A DNA stretch of 64,000 nucleotides, taken from assembly GCF_009914755.1 (NCBI RefSeq), contig NC_060940.1; one strand, written 5' to 3'. Shown piece by piece: positions 44,401 through 59,700 of this stretch; position 1 is the stretch's first letter, and each line of letters opens with the position of its first letter. Position numbers and translations under genes: made by a program. The notes under the pieces are model-generated. The model had not been told where the DNA came from and did not search any database. It saw only the letters and a list, made by a program, of their open reading frames with translations. The stretch is from the human T2T-CHM13v2.0 reference genome, Homo sapiens.

Positions 44401-47400
44401 GATTCCATTGGAGTCCATTCAATGATTCCATTCTATTCCAATCGATGATGATTCCATTAGAGTCCATTTAATGATTCCATTTGATTCCAGTCTCTGATGA
44501 TTACATTCGAGTCCATACGATGATTCCACTCAATTCCATATGATGATGATTCCATTTGATTCCATTCGGTGATTCCATTCTATTCTATTCAATGGTGATT
44601 CCATTCGAGTACATTAGATGATTCCACTCGATTCCATTCAATGATGATTCTATTTGTGTCCCTTAGATGATTCCACATGATTCCATTAGATGATGATACT
44701 ATTTGAGCCCATCCAATGATTCCCTTCGATTCCATTCGATGAGGATTCCATTCGATTCAATTCATTGGTGATTCTATTCAATTCAATTCTTTGATTCCAT
44801 TCCATTCCATTCGACAATGATTCCATTCGATTTCTTTCGATGATTCCACTCGATTCCACTTGACATTGATTCCATTCGATTCCATTCAATGATTCCATTT
44901 GATTCCAGTGGATGATGATTGCCATCGATTCCATTCGATCACTCCATTCTATTCCATTTGATGATGATTACATTCGATTCCATTTGATGATTCCATCTGA
45001 TTCTATTCGAGGATTCCATTTGATTCCATTCGATGATGATTCCATTCGAGTCCATTCGATGATTTCATTCGAGTACATCCAATGATTCCATTCGAGTCCA
45101 TTAGATGATTCCATGTGATTCCATTTGAAAATGATTCTACTAGAGTCCATTCAATGACTCCATTCGAGTCCATTCAACAATTCCATTCGACTCCATTCGA
45201 TGATTCCATTCGATTCCATTTGATGGTTCCATTCGAGTCCATTTAATCATTACAGTCGAGTCCATTTGGTGATTCCACTGGATTTCTTTTGATAATGATA
45301 CCATTCAATTACATTTGATGATGATCCCATTCAATTTCATTTGATGATGATTCCATTAGAGTCCATTCGATGATTTCATTCGAGTCCCTTCATTGATTCC
45401 ATCCGATTTCATTGGATGATGACTCCATTCGAGTCCATTCGATGATTCCACTCGATTCCATTAGATGACTCCATTGGAGTCCATTTGATTGTTCCATTCG
45501 ATTCCATTCGATTCCTTTCGAAGATTATTCCATTTGAGTCCATTCGATGATGATTCCATTCCATTCCATTCGATGATTCCGTTTGATTCCATTCGATGAT
45601 TCCCTTCGATTCCTTTCTTTGATGATTCCATTCCATTCCATTCAATGATTCCATTCGAATCTATTCCATGATGATTCCTTTCGATTCCATTCGCTGATGT
45701 TTCCGTTCAATTCCATTCGATGATGATTCCATTCGATTCCATTCATTGAGGTTTCCATTTGATTCCATTCAATGATGATTCCATTCTATTCCATTCAATG
45801 ATTGCATTCAATTCCATTCAATGATTATCCCATTAGAGTAAACTCAACGATTCCATTCAATACCATTCGATGATGATTCCTTTTGAGTCCATTCAATGAT
45901 TTCATTCAAGTCCATTTGATGATTCCTTTCAATTCCATTCTATGATGATTCCATTCGAGTCCATTCGATGATTCCATTCGATTGCATTCGATGATTCCAT
46001 TATATTCCATTCAACGGTGGTTCCATTCGAGTCCATTCCATGATACCATTAGAGTACATTTAATGATTGCTTTGTTTTCAATTCGAAGATGATTACATTG
46101 GATTCCATTCTATGATACCATTCGATTCCATTCAATGATGATTCCACTCAAATCCATTGGATGATTCCATTCGTGTCCATTCGGTGATTTCATTAGATTC
46201 CATTCGAGGATGATTCCATTCGATTCCATTCGATGATTCCATTCAATTCCATTCGATGATGATTCCATTCCAGTCCATATGATCATTCCATTTGATTTCA
46301 TTCGATGATGATTCCATTCGATTCGATTCGACGATTCCATTCTATTCCATTCGATGATGATTCCATTCGAGTCCATTCGATCATTCCATTCGAGTCCATT
46401 TAATGATTCCATTGGGTTCAATTCAATGATGATTACATTGGATTCCGTTCTATGATTCCATTCAATTCCGTTCATTGACAATTTGATTCCATTCGATGAT
46501 GATTCCATTTGAGTTCATTCGATGATTCTATTCGATTCTCTTCGATGGTGATTCAATTCTATTATATTGGATGATTCCATTCGATTCCATTTGATGTTGA
46601 TTCAATTCGATTCTATTCGATGATGATTCCATTGGATTTCACTTGATGATTCTATTCGATTCCATTCAATGATGATTCACTTCTCGTCCATTGGATGATT
46701 CCATTTCATTCCATTCGATGATGATTCCATTCGATTCCATTCGTTGATTCCATTTGATTCCATGCGACGGTGAGCAATTCGATTCAATTCCATGATGATT
46801 CTATTTGATTCAATTAGATGATGTTTCCATTCGAATCCATTCCATGATTATTCCATTGGAATCCATTCGGCGATGATTCCATATGAGTCAATTCAATGAT
46901 GATTCCATATGGGTCCGTTCGATGATAATTCCATTTGATTTCATTCGATGCTTCTGTTCTATTCCAGTCGATGATGATTCCGTTGGAGTCCATACGATGA
47001 TTCCATTTGATTTCATTTGATGATGATTCCATTCGATGATGATTACATTGGATTCCATTCTATGATTCCATTCAATTCCATTCGTTGATGATTCGATTCC
47101 ATTCAATGATGATTCCATTTGAGTTCATTCGATGATTCTATTCGATTCCGTTCGATGGTGATTCAATTCTATTATATTGGATGATTCCACTCGATTCCAT
47201 TTGATGATTATTCCATTGGAGTCCACTTAGTGAATCCTTTAGATTCTACTCGACGATGATTCCATTCGAGTCCATTCGATGATACCATTCAATTCCATTC
47301 GTTGATGCTTCCATTCAAGTGCATTCGATGATATCATTCGATTCCATTTGATGATAATTCCATTTGATTCCATGCGAGGATTCTATTCGATTCCATTCAA

Positions 47401-50400
47401 TGATAATTCCATTCAATTCAGTGATTCCTCTGGACTCCATTTGATGATGATTCCATTCAATGATTCCATTCGATTCTATTCGAAAATGATTCCATTTGAA
47501 TCCATTTGATGATGATTCCATTAGATTCCATTTGATGATTCCATTCGATTCCATTCGACGATGATTCCATTCGATTCCGTTTGATGATTCCATTCTATTC
47601 TATTCGATGATGATTCCATTCGATTCCATTCGATGATGATTGGATTCGATTCCATTTGATGATTTCATTTGATTCCTTTCGTTAATGATTTCGATCAATT
47701 CCATTCGATGATTCCATTTGATTCCATTCGATAATGATTACATCCGAGTCCATTCGATGATTCCCTTTGAGCCTGTTCGATAATTCCATTTGAGTCCAAC
47801 CAATGATTCCATTCATTTCCATTCAATGATTCCATTCGAGTCCATTTGATCATTCCGGTAGGGTCCATTCGATGTTGATTCCATTGGAGTGCATTCGATG
47901 ATTCCATTCGAGTCCATTTTAGGATTTGATTCGAGTCCTTTCGATGATTCCATTCGATTCCACTCGATGATGATTTCATTCGAGTCCATTCGACACTTCC
48001 AATCGATTCCATTTGATGATTCCATTCGAGTCCAATTGATGATTCCATTCAATTCCATTCGATGATGATTCCGTACGATTCCATTCTGTGATGATTCCAT
48101 GTGATTGCATTCAATGATGATTCCTTTCGATTGCATTCGATTATGATTCATTTCGTGTTCATTCTATGGTTCCACAGGTTTCCATTCGTGTCCATTCCAT
48201 TATTCCATTCTATTCCATTTGATGATGATTCCATTCGATTCCATTCATTGGTGATTCCACTCAATTCCATTCAATGATTCCATTCCATTTCTTTCAACAA
48301 TGATTCCATTAGTTTCTAATCGATGATCCACTTGATTCCATTTGACGACGATTCCATTCTTGTCCATTCGATGATTCCATTTGATTCCATATGATGATGA
48401 TTCCATTCGATTCCATACCATGATGATTCCATTCGAGTCCATTCAATGGTGATTCCATTCAATTCCATTCGATGATTCCTTTCGATTCCATTCGATGATG
48501 ATGGCATTCGATTCCTTTCAATCATTCCCTTTGATTCCATTCAAAGGTGATTTCATTCAAGTCCATTCGATAATTGCATTCGATTCCATTCTATGATGAT
48601 TCCATTCGAGTCCATTTGATGATTCCATTCAATTCAAGTCAATGATGATTCCATTCGATTCCATTCGATGATTCCATTGGATTCCATTCGATGATGATTC
48701 CATTCAAATCCATTCGATAATTCAATTCAAGTCCATTCGATGATGATTAAAATCGAATCCATTCAAAGATTCCATTCAGTTCCATTCGATGATTCCCTTA
48801 GATTCCATTCGATGATTCCACTTGATTGCATTTACGATGATTCCATTCGATTCCATGTGATGATTCCATTCAATTCTATTCAATGATGTCTCCATTTGAT
48901 TCCATTCGACCATGATTGCCTTTGATTCCATTCAATGATTCCATTCGGTTCCGTTTGATGATGATTCCGTTCGATTCCATTTGATGATTCCATTTGATTC
49001 CATTGGATGAGTCCATTCGATTACATTCGATGATTATTCCATTCGAGTGCATTAGATGATTCCATTCGAGTCCATTCGATGATTCCATTCGATTCCATTC
49101 GATGTTGATTCTGTTCAAATCCATTCGATGATTCCACTCGATTCCATTCGTTGACTCCATTTGATCCCATTCGATGATTTCCTTTGATTCCCTTTGATGA
49201 TCATTCCATTTGATTCAATTCGGTGATTTCATTTGATTCCATTCAGTGATGTTTCCATTCGACTCCATTCGATGATGATTCCATTCGACTCCATTCGATT
49301 ATGATTTCATTCAATTCCATTCGATAATGATTCCCTTCGAGTCCATTCGATGATTCCATTCGATTCCATTCAACGATGATTTGATTCGTGTCCATTCGAT
49401 GATTCCATTTGATTCCACTTGATGATGATTCCATTCGAGTCCATTTGATGATTCCATTCAATTCCATACTCCGATGATTTCTTTTGAGCCCACTCAATGC
49501 TTCCACTCGATTCCATATGATGATGACTCCATTCGATGAAATTCGATGATGATTCCATTCGCTTGCTTTTGATGATGATTCCACTTGAGTCCGTTAGAAG
49601 ATTCTATTCAATTACATTCCATGACGATTCCGTTCGAGTCCATTTGATGATTCCATTAGACTCCATTCGACGATGATTCCATTCGATGTTATTCGATGAT
49701 TCCATTCGATCTCATTCGATGATGATTCCATTCAACTCCATTCGATGTTTCCATTCGAGTTCATTCTATTATTCCATTAGATTCCATTCGATGATGATTC
49801 CATTCGATTCCATTTGATGATTGCATTCTATTTCATTTGATGATGATTCCATTCGAGTCCACTCGATGATTCCATTCGAGTCCATTTAATGAATCCATTG
49901 GTTTCAATTCTATGATGATTACATTGGATTCCATTCGTTGATGATTTCATTCGGTTCCATTCAATGATGATTCCATTCAATTCCTTTCAATGTTTCCATT
50001 CAATTCCATACGATGATGATTCCATTTGATTTGATTCGACAGTGAGCCATTCGATTCAATTCCATGATGATTCTATTTGATTCAATTGGTTGACATTTCC
50101 ATTCGATTCCATTCGATGATGATTCCCTTTGATTCCGTTCAAAGATGATTCCATTCTAGCCCATTCAATCATTCCATTCGATTCTATTCAATGATGATTC
50201 CATTCATGTCGATTTGGTGATTCCATTTGACTTCATTTGATGATGATTCCTTTCAAGTTCATTAGATGATTCCATTCGATTCCATTTGATGATGATCCCA
50301 TTCGAGTCCATTCAGTGATTCCATTCGTTTCCATTCCATGATGATTCCATTCCTTTCCATTCAATGATTCCATTCGATTCCGTTTGATGATGATTTCATT

Positions 50401-50797
50401 CGAGTCCATTTGATGATTCCATTTGATTCCATTCGATGATGGTTCCATTCGAGTCCATTCGATGATTCTATTCGAATCCATTTGATGATTTCTTTTGATT
50501 ATATTTGGTGATGATTCCATTGGAGTCCATTCAATGATTCCATTCTATTCCAATCGATGATGATTCCATTAGAGTCCATTTAATGATTCCATTTGATTCC
50601 AGTCTCTGATGATTACATTCGAGTCCATACGATGATTCCACTCAATTCCATATGATGATGATTCCATTTGATTCCATTCGGTGATTCCATTCTATTCTAT
50701 TCAATGGTGATTCCATTCGAGTACATTAGATGATTCCATTCGATTCCATTCAATGATGATTCTATTTGTGTCCCTTAGATGATTCCACATGATTCCA
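32462..50797 (+). repeat. Three HOR units of exactly 6112 bp (type B)
   Basis: Homologous ORFs are offset by exactly 6112. Shared markers include GATTAAAATCG (36521, 42633, 48745) and TTGAGGTTTCC (~33522, ~39634, ~45746). Confidence 0.92.
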
Positions 50798-53700
50798 TTA
50801 GATGATGATACTATTTGAGCCCATCCAATGATTCCCTTCGATTCCATTCGATGAGGATTCCATTCGATTCAATTCATTGGTGATTCTATTCAATTCAATT
50901 CTTTGATTCCATTCCATTCCATTCGACAATGATTCCATTCGATTTCTTTCGATGATTCCACTCGATTCCACTTGACATTGATTCCATTCGATTCCATTCA
51001 ATGATTCCATTTGATTCCAGTGGATGATGATTGCCATCGATTCCATTCGATCACTCCATTTTATTCCATTTGATGATGATTACATTCGATTCCATTTGAT
51101 GATTCCATCTGATTCTATTCGAGGATTCCATTTGATTCCATTCGATGATGATTCCATTCGAGTCCATTCGATGATTTCATTCCAGTACATCCAATGATTC
51201 CATTCGAGTCCATTAGATGATTCCATTTGATTCCATTTGAAAATGATTCTACTAGAGTCCATTCAATGACTCCATTCGAGTCCATTCAACAATTCCATTC
51301 GACTCCATTCGATGATTCCATTCGATTCCATTTGATGGTTCCATTCGAGTCCATTTAATCATTACAGTCGTGTCCATTTGGTGATTCCACTGGATTTCTT
51401 TTGATAATGATACCATTCAATTACATTTGATGATGATCCCATTCAACTTCATTTGATGATGATGCCATTAGAGTCCATTCGGTGATTTCATTCGAGTCCC
51501 TTCATTGATTCCATCCGATTTCATTGGATGATGACTCCATTCGAGTCCATTCGATGATTCCACTCGATTCCATTAGATGACTCCATTGGAGTCCATTTGA
51601 TTGTTCCATTCGATTCCATTCGATTCCTTTCGAAGATTATTCCATTTGAGTCCATTCGATGATGATTCCATTCCATTCCATTCGATGATTCCGTTTGATT
51701 CCATTCGATGATTCCCTTCGATTCCTTTCTTTGATGATTCCATTCCATTCCATTCAATGATTCCATTCGAATCTATTCCATGATGATTCCTTTCGATTCC
51801 ATTCGCTGATGTTTCCGTTCAATTCCATTCGATGATGATTCCATTCGATTCCATTCAATGATTGCATTCAATTCCATTCAATGATTATCCCATTAGAGTA
51901 AACTCAACGATTCCATTCAATACCATTCGATGATGATTCCTTTTGAGTCCATTCAATGATTTCATTCAAGTCCATTTGATGATTCCTTTCAATTCCATTC
52001 TATGATGATTCCATTCGAGTCCATTCGATGATTCCATTCGATTGCATTCGATGATTCCATTATATTCCATTCAATGGTGTTTCCATTCGAGTCCATTCCA
52101 TGATTCCATTAGAGTACATTTAATGATTGCTTTGTTTTCAATTCGAAGATGATTACATTGGATTCCATTCTATGATACCATTCGATTCCATTCAATGATG
52201 ATACCACTCAAATCCATTGGATGATTCCATTCGTGTCCATTCGGTGATTTCATTAGATTCCATTCGAGGATGATTCCATTCGATTCCATTCGATGATTCC
52301 ATTCAATTCCATTCGATGATGATTCCATTCCAGTCCATATGATCATTCCATTTGATTTCATTCGATGATGATTCCATTCGATTCCATTCGACGATTCCAT
52401 TCTATTCCATTCGATGATGATTCCATTCGAGTCCATTCGATCATTCCATTCGAGTCCATTTAATGATTCCATTGGGTTCAATTCAATGATGATTACATTG
52501 GATTCCGTTCTATGATTCCATTCAATTCCGTTCATTGACAATTTGATTCCATTCGATGATGATTCCATTTGAGTTCATTCGATGATTCTATTCGATTCTC
52601 TTCGATGGTGATTCAATTCTATTATATTGGATGATTCCATTCGATTCCATTTGATGTTGATTCAATTCGATTCTATTCGATGATGATTCCATTGGATTTC
52701 ACTTGATGATTCTATTCGATTCCATTCAATGATGATTCACTTCTCGTCCATTGGATGATTCCATTTCATTCCATTCGATGATGATTCCATTCGATTCCAT
52801 TCGATGATTCCATTTGATTCCATGCGACGGTGAGCAATTCGATTCAATTCCATGATGATTCTATTTGATTCAATTAGATGATGTTTCCATTCGAATCCAT
52901 TCCATGATTATTCCATTGGAATCCATTCGGCGATGATTCCATATGAGTCAATTCAATGATGATTCCATATGGGTCCGTTCGATGATAATTCCATTTGATT
53001 TCATTCGATGCTTCTATTCTATTCCAGTCGATGATGATTCCGTTGGTGTCCATACGATGATTCCATTTGATTTCATTTGATGATGATTCCATTCGATGAT
53101 GATTACATTGGATTCCATTCTATGATTCCATTCAATTCCATTCGTTGATGATTCGATTCCATTCAATGATGATTCCATTTGAGTTCATTCGATGATTCTA
53201 TTCGATTCCGTTCGATGGTGATTCAATTCTATTATATTGGATGATTCCACTCGATTCCATTTGATGATTATTCCATTGGAGTCCACTTAGTGAATCCTTT
53301 AGATTCTACTCGACGATGATTCCATTCGAGTCCATTCGATGATACCATTCAATTCCATTCGTTGATGCTTCCATTCAAGTGCATTCGATGATATCATTCG
53401 ATTCCATTTGATGATAATTCCATTTGATTCCATGCGATGATTCTATTCGATTCCATTCAATGATAATTCCATTCAATTCAGTGATTCCTCTGGACTCCAT
53501 TTGATGATGATTCCATTCAATGATTCCATTCGATTCTATTCGAAAATGATTCCATTTGAATCCATTTGATGATGATTCCATTAGATTCCATTTGATGATT
53601 CCATTCGATTCCATTCGACGATGATTCCATTCGATTCCGTTTGATGATTCCATTCTATTCTATTCGATGATGATTCCATTCGATTCCATTCGATGATGAT

Positions 53701-56700
53701 TGGATTCGATTCCATTTGATGATTTCATTTGATTCCATTCGTTAATGATTTCGATCAATTCCATTCGATGATTCCATTCGATTCCATTCGATAATGATTA
53801 CATCCGAGTCCATTCGATGATTCCCTTTGAGCCTGTTCGATAATTCCATTTGAGTCCAACCAATGATTCCATTCATTTCCATTCAATGATTCCATTCGAG
53901 TCCATTTGATCATTCCGGTAGGGTCCATTCGATGTTGATTCCATTGGAGTGCATTCGATGATTCCATTCGAGTCCATTTTAGGATTTGATTCGAGTCCTT
54001 TCGACGATTCCATTCGATTCCACTCGATGATGATTTCATTCGAGTCCATTCGACACTTCCAATCGATTCCATTTGATGATTCCATTCGAGTCCAATTGAT
54101 GATTCCATTCAATTCCATTCGATGATGATTCCGTACGATTCCATTCTGTGATGATTCCATGTGATTGCATTCAATGATGATTCCTTTCGATTGCATTCGA
54201 TTATGATTCATTTCGTGTTCATTCTATGGTTCCACAGGTTTCCATTCGTGTCCATTCCATTATTCCATTCTATTCCATTTGATGATGATTCCATTCGATT
54301 CCATTCATTGGTGATTCCACTCAATTCCATTCAATGATTCCATTCCATTTCTTTCAACAATGATTCCATTAGTTTCTAATCGATGATCCACTTGATTCCA
54401 TTTGACGACGATTCCATTCTTGTCCATTCGATGATTCCATTTGATTCCTTATGATGATGATTCCATTCGATTCCATACCATGATGATTCCATTCGAGTCC
54501 ATTCAATGGTGATTCCATTCAATTCCATTCGATGATTCCTTTTGATTCCATTCGATGATGATGGCATTCGATTCCTTTCAATCATTCCCTTTGATTCCAT
54601 TCAAAGGTGATTTCATTCAAGTCCATTCGATAATTGCATTCGATTCCATTCTATGATGATTCCATTCGAGTCCATTTGATGATTCCATTCAATTCAAGTC
54701 AATGATGATTCCATTCGATTCCATTCGATGATTCCATTGGATTCCATTCGATGATGATTCCATTCAAATCCATTCGATAATTCAATTCAAGTCCATTCGA
54801 TGATGATTCCAATCGAATCCATTCAAAGATTCCATTCAGTTCCATTCGATGATTCCCTTAGATTCCATTCGATGATTCCACTTGATTGCATTTACGATGA
54901 TTCCATTCGATTCCATGTGATGATTCCATTCAATTCTATTCAATGATGTCTCCATTTGATTCCATTCGACCATGATTTCCTTTGATTCCATTCAATGATT
55001 CCATTCGGTTCCGTTTGATGATGATTCCGTTCGATTCCATTTGATGATTCCATTTGATTCCATTGGATGAGTCCATTCGATTACATTCGATGATTATTCC
55101 ATTCGAGTGCATTAGATGATTCCATTCGAGTCCATTCGATGATTCCATTCGATTCCATTCAATGTTGATTCTGTTCAAATCCATTCGATGATTCCACTCG
55201 ATTCCATTCGTTGACTCCATTTGATCCCATTCGATGATTTCCTTTGATTCCCTTTGATGATCATTCCATTTGATTCAATTCGGTGATTTCATTTGATTCC
55301 ATTCAGTGATGTTTCCATTCGACTCCATTCGATGATGATTCCATTCGACTCCATTCGATTATGATTTCATTCAATTCCATTCGATAATGATTCCCTTCGA
55401 GTCCATTCGATGATTCCATTCGATTCCATTCAACGATGATTTGATTCGTGTCCATTCGATGATTCCATTTGATTCCACTTGATGATGATTCCATTCGAGT
55501 CCATTTGATGATTCCATTCAATTCCATACTCCGATGATTTCTTTTGAGCCCACTCAATGCTTCCACTCGATTCCATATGATGATGACTCCATTCGATGAA
55601 ATTCGATGATGATTCCATTCGCTTGCTTTCGATGATGATTCCACTTGAGTCCGTTAGAAGATTCTATTCAATTACATTCCATGACGATTCCGTTCGAGTC
55701 CATTTGATGATTCCATTAGACTCCATTCGACGATGATTCCATTCGATGTTATTCGATGATTCCATTCGATCTCATTCGATGATGATTCCATTCAACTCCA
55801 TTCGATGTTTCCATTCGAGTTCATTCTATTATTCCATTAGATTCCATTCGATGATGATTCCATTCGATTCCATTTGATGATTGCATTCTATTTCATTTGA
55901 TGATGATTCCATTCGAGTCCACTCGATGATTCCATTCGAGTCCATTTAATGAATCCATTGGTTTCAATTCTATGATGATTACATTGGATTCCATTCGTTG
56001 ATGATTTCATTCGGTTCCATTCAATGATGATTCCATTCAATTCCTTTCAATGTTTCCATTCAATTCCATACGATGATGATTCCATTTGATTTGATTCGAC
56101 AGTGAGCCATTCGATTCAATTCCATGATGATTCTATTTGATTCAATTGGTTGACATTTCCATTCGATTCCATTCGATGATGATTCCCTTTGATTCCGTTC
56201 AAAGATGATTCCATTCTAGCCCATTCAATCATTCCATTCGATTCTATTCAATGATGATTCCATTCATGTCGATTTGGTGATTCCATTTGACTTCATTTGA
56301 TGATGATTCCTTTCAAGTTCATTAGATGATTCCATTCGATTCCATTTGATGATGATCCCATTCGAGTCCATTCAGTGATTCCATTCGTTTCCATTCCATG
56401 ATGATTCCATTCCTTTCCATTCAATGATTCCATTCGATTCCGTTTGATGATGATTTCATTCGAGTCCATTTGATGATTCCATTTGATTCCATTCGATGAT
56501 GATTCCATTCGAGTCCATTCGATGATTCTATTCGAATCCATTTGATGATTTCTTTTGATTATATTTGGTGATGATTCCATTGGAGTCCATTCAATGATTC
56601 CATTCTATTCCAATCGATGATGATTCCATTAGAGTCCATTTAATGATTCCATTTGATTCCAGTCTCTGATGATTACATTCGAGTCCATACGATGATTCCA

Positions 56701-59700
56701 CTCAATTCCATATGATGATGATTCCATTTGATTCCATTCGGTGATTCCATTCTATTCTATTCAATGGTGATTCCATTCGAGTACATTAGATGATTCCATT
56801 CGATTCCATTCAATGATGATTCTATTTGTGTCCCTTAGATGATTCCACATGATTCCATTAGATGATGATACTATTTGAGCCCATCCAATGATTCCCTTCG
56901 ATTCCATTCGATGAGGATTCCATTCGATTCAATTCATTGGTGATTCTATTCAATTCAATTCTTTGATTCCATTCCATTCCATTCGACAATGATTCCATTC
57001 GATTTCTTTCGATGATTCCACTCGATTCCACTTGACATTGATTCCATTCGATTCCATTCAATGATTCCATTTGATTCCAGTGGATGATGATTGCCATCGA
57101 TTCCATTCGATCACTCCATTCTATTCCATTTGATGATGATTACATTCGATTCCATTTGATGATTCCATCTGATTCTATTCGAGGATTCCATTTGATTCCA
57201 TTCGATGATGATTCTATTCGAGTCCATTCGATGATTTCATTCCAGTACATCCAATGATTCCATTCGAGTCCATTAGATGATTCCATTTGATTCCATTTGA
57301 AAATGATTCTACTAGAGTCCATTCAAAGACTCCATTCGAGTCCATTCAACAATTCCATTCGACTCCATTCGATGATTCCATTCGATTCCATTTGATGGTT
57401 CCATTCGAGTCCATTTAATCATTACAGTCGAGTCCATTTGGTGATTCCACTGGATTTCTTTTGATAATGATACCATTCAATTACATTTGATGATGATCCC
57501 ATTCAACTTCATTTGATGATGATTCCATTAGAGTCCATTCGATGATTTCATTCGAGTCCCTTCATTGATTCCATCCGATTTCATTGGATGATGACTCCAT
57601 TCGAGTCCATTCGATGATTCCACTCGATTCCATTAGATGACTCCATTGGAGTCCATTTGATTGTTCCATTCGATTCCATTCGATTCCTTTCGAAGATTAT
57701 TCCATTTGAGTCCATTCGATGATGATTCCATTCCATTCCATTCGATGATTCCGTTTGATTCCATTCGATGATTCCCTTCGATTCCTTTCTTTGATGATTC
57801 CATTCCATTCCATTCAATGATTCCATTCGAATCTATTCCATGATGATTCCTTTCGATTCCATTCGCTGATGTTTCCGTTCAATTCCATTCGATGATGATT
57901 CCATTCGATTCCATTCAATGATTGCATTCAATTCCATTCAATGATTATCCCATTAGAGTAAACTCAACGATTCCATTCAATACCATTCGATGATGATTCC
58001 TTTTGAGTCCATTCAATGATTTCATTCAAGTCCATTTGATGATTCCTTTCAATTGCATTCTATGATGATTCCATTCGAGTCCATTCGATGATTCCATTCG
58101 ATTGCATTCGATGATTCCATTATATTCCATTCAACGGTGTTTCCATTCGAGTCCATTCCATGATTCCATTAGAGTACATTTAATGATTGCTTTGTTTTCA
58201 ATTCGAAGATGATTACATTGGATTCCATTCTATGATACCATTCGATTCCATTCAATGATGATTCCACTCAAATCCATTGGATGATTCCATTCGTGTCCAT
58301 TCGGTGATTTCATTAGATTCCATTCGAGGATGATTCCATTCGATTCCATTCGATGATTCCATTCAATTCCATTCGATGATGATTCCATTCCAGTCCATAT
58401 GATCATTCCATTTGATTTCATTCGATGATGATTCCATTCGATTCCATTCGACGATTCCATTCTATTCCATTCGATGATGATTCCATTCGAGTCCATTCGA
58501 TCATTCCATTCGAGTCCATTTAATGATTCCATTGGGTTCAATTCAATGATGATTACATTGGATTCCGTTCTATGATTCCATTCAATTCCGTTCATTGACA
58601 ATTTGATTCCATTCGATGATGATTCCATTTGAGTTCATTCGATGATTCTATTCGATTCTCTTCGATGGTGATTCAATTCTATTATATTGGATGATTCCAT
58701 TCGATTCCATTTGATGTTGATTCAATTCGATTCTATTCGATGATGATTCCATTGGATTTCACTTGATGATTCTATTCGATTCCATTCAATGATGATTCAC
58801 TTCTCGTCCATTGGATGATTCCATTTCATTCCATTCGATGATGATTCCATTCGATTCCATTCGATGATTCCATTTGATTCCATGCGACGGTGAGCAATTC
58901 GATTCAATTCCATGATGATTCTATTTGATTCAATTAGATGATGTTTCCATTCGAATCCATTCCATGATTATTCCATTGGAATCCATTCGGCGATGATTCC
59001 ATATGAGTCAATTCAATGATGATTCCATATGGGTCCGTTCGATGATAATTCCATTTGATTTCATTCGATGCTTCTATTCTATTCCAGTCGATGATGATTC
59101 CGTTGGTGTCCATACGATGATTCCATTTGATTTCATTTGATGATGATTCCATTCGATGATGATTACATTGGATTCCATTCTATGATTCCATTCAATTCCA
59201 TTCGTTGATGATTCGATTCCATTCAATGATGATTCCATTTGAGTTCATTCGATGATTCTATTCGATTCCGTTCGATGGTGATTCAATTCTATTATATTGG
59301 ATGATTCCACTCGATTCCATTTGATGATTATTCCATTGGAGTCCACTTAGTGAATCCTTTAGATTCTACTCGACGATGATTCCATTCGAGTCCATTCGAT
59401 GATACCATTCAATTCCATTCGTTGATGCTTCCATTCAAGTGCATTCGATGATATCATTCGATTCCATTTGATGATAATTCCATTTGATTCCATGCGATGA
59501 TTCTATTCGATTCCATTCAATGATAATTCCATTCAATTCAGTGATTCCTCTGGACTCCATTTGATGATGATTCCATTCAATGATTCCATTCGATTCTATT
59601 CGAAAATGATTCCATTTGAATCCATTTGATGATGATTCCATTAGATTCCATTTGATGATTCCATTCGATTCCATTCGACGATGATTCCATTCGATTCCGT

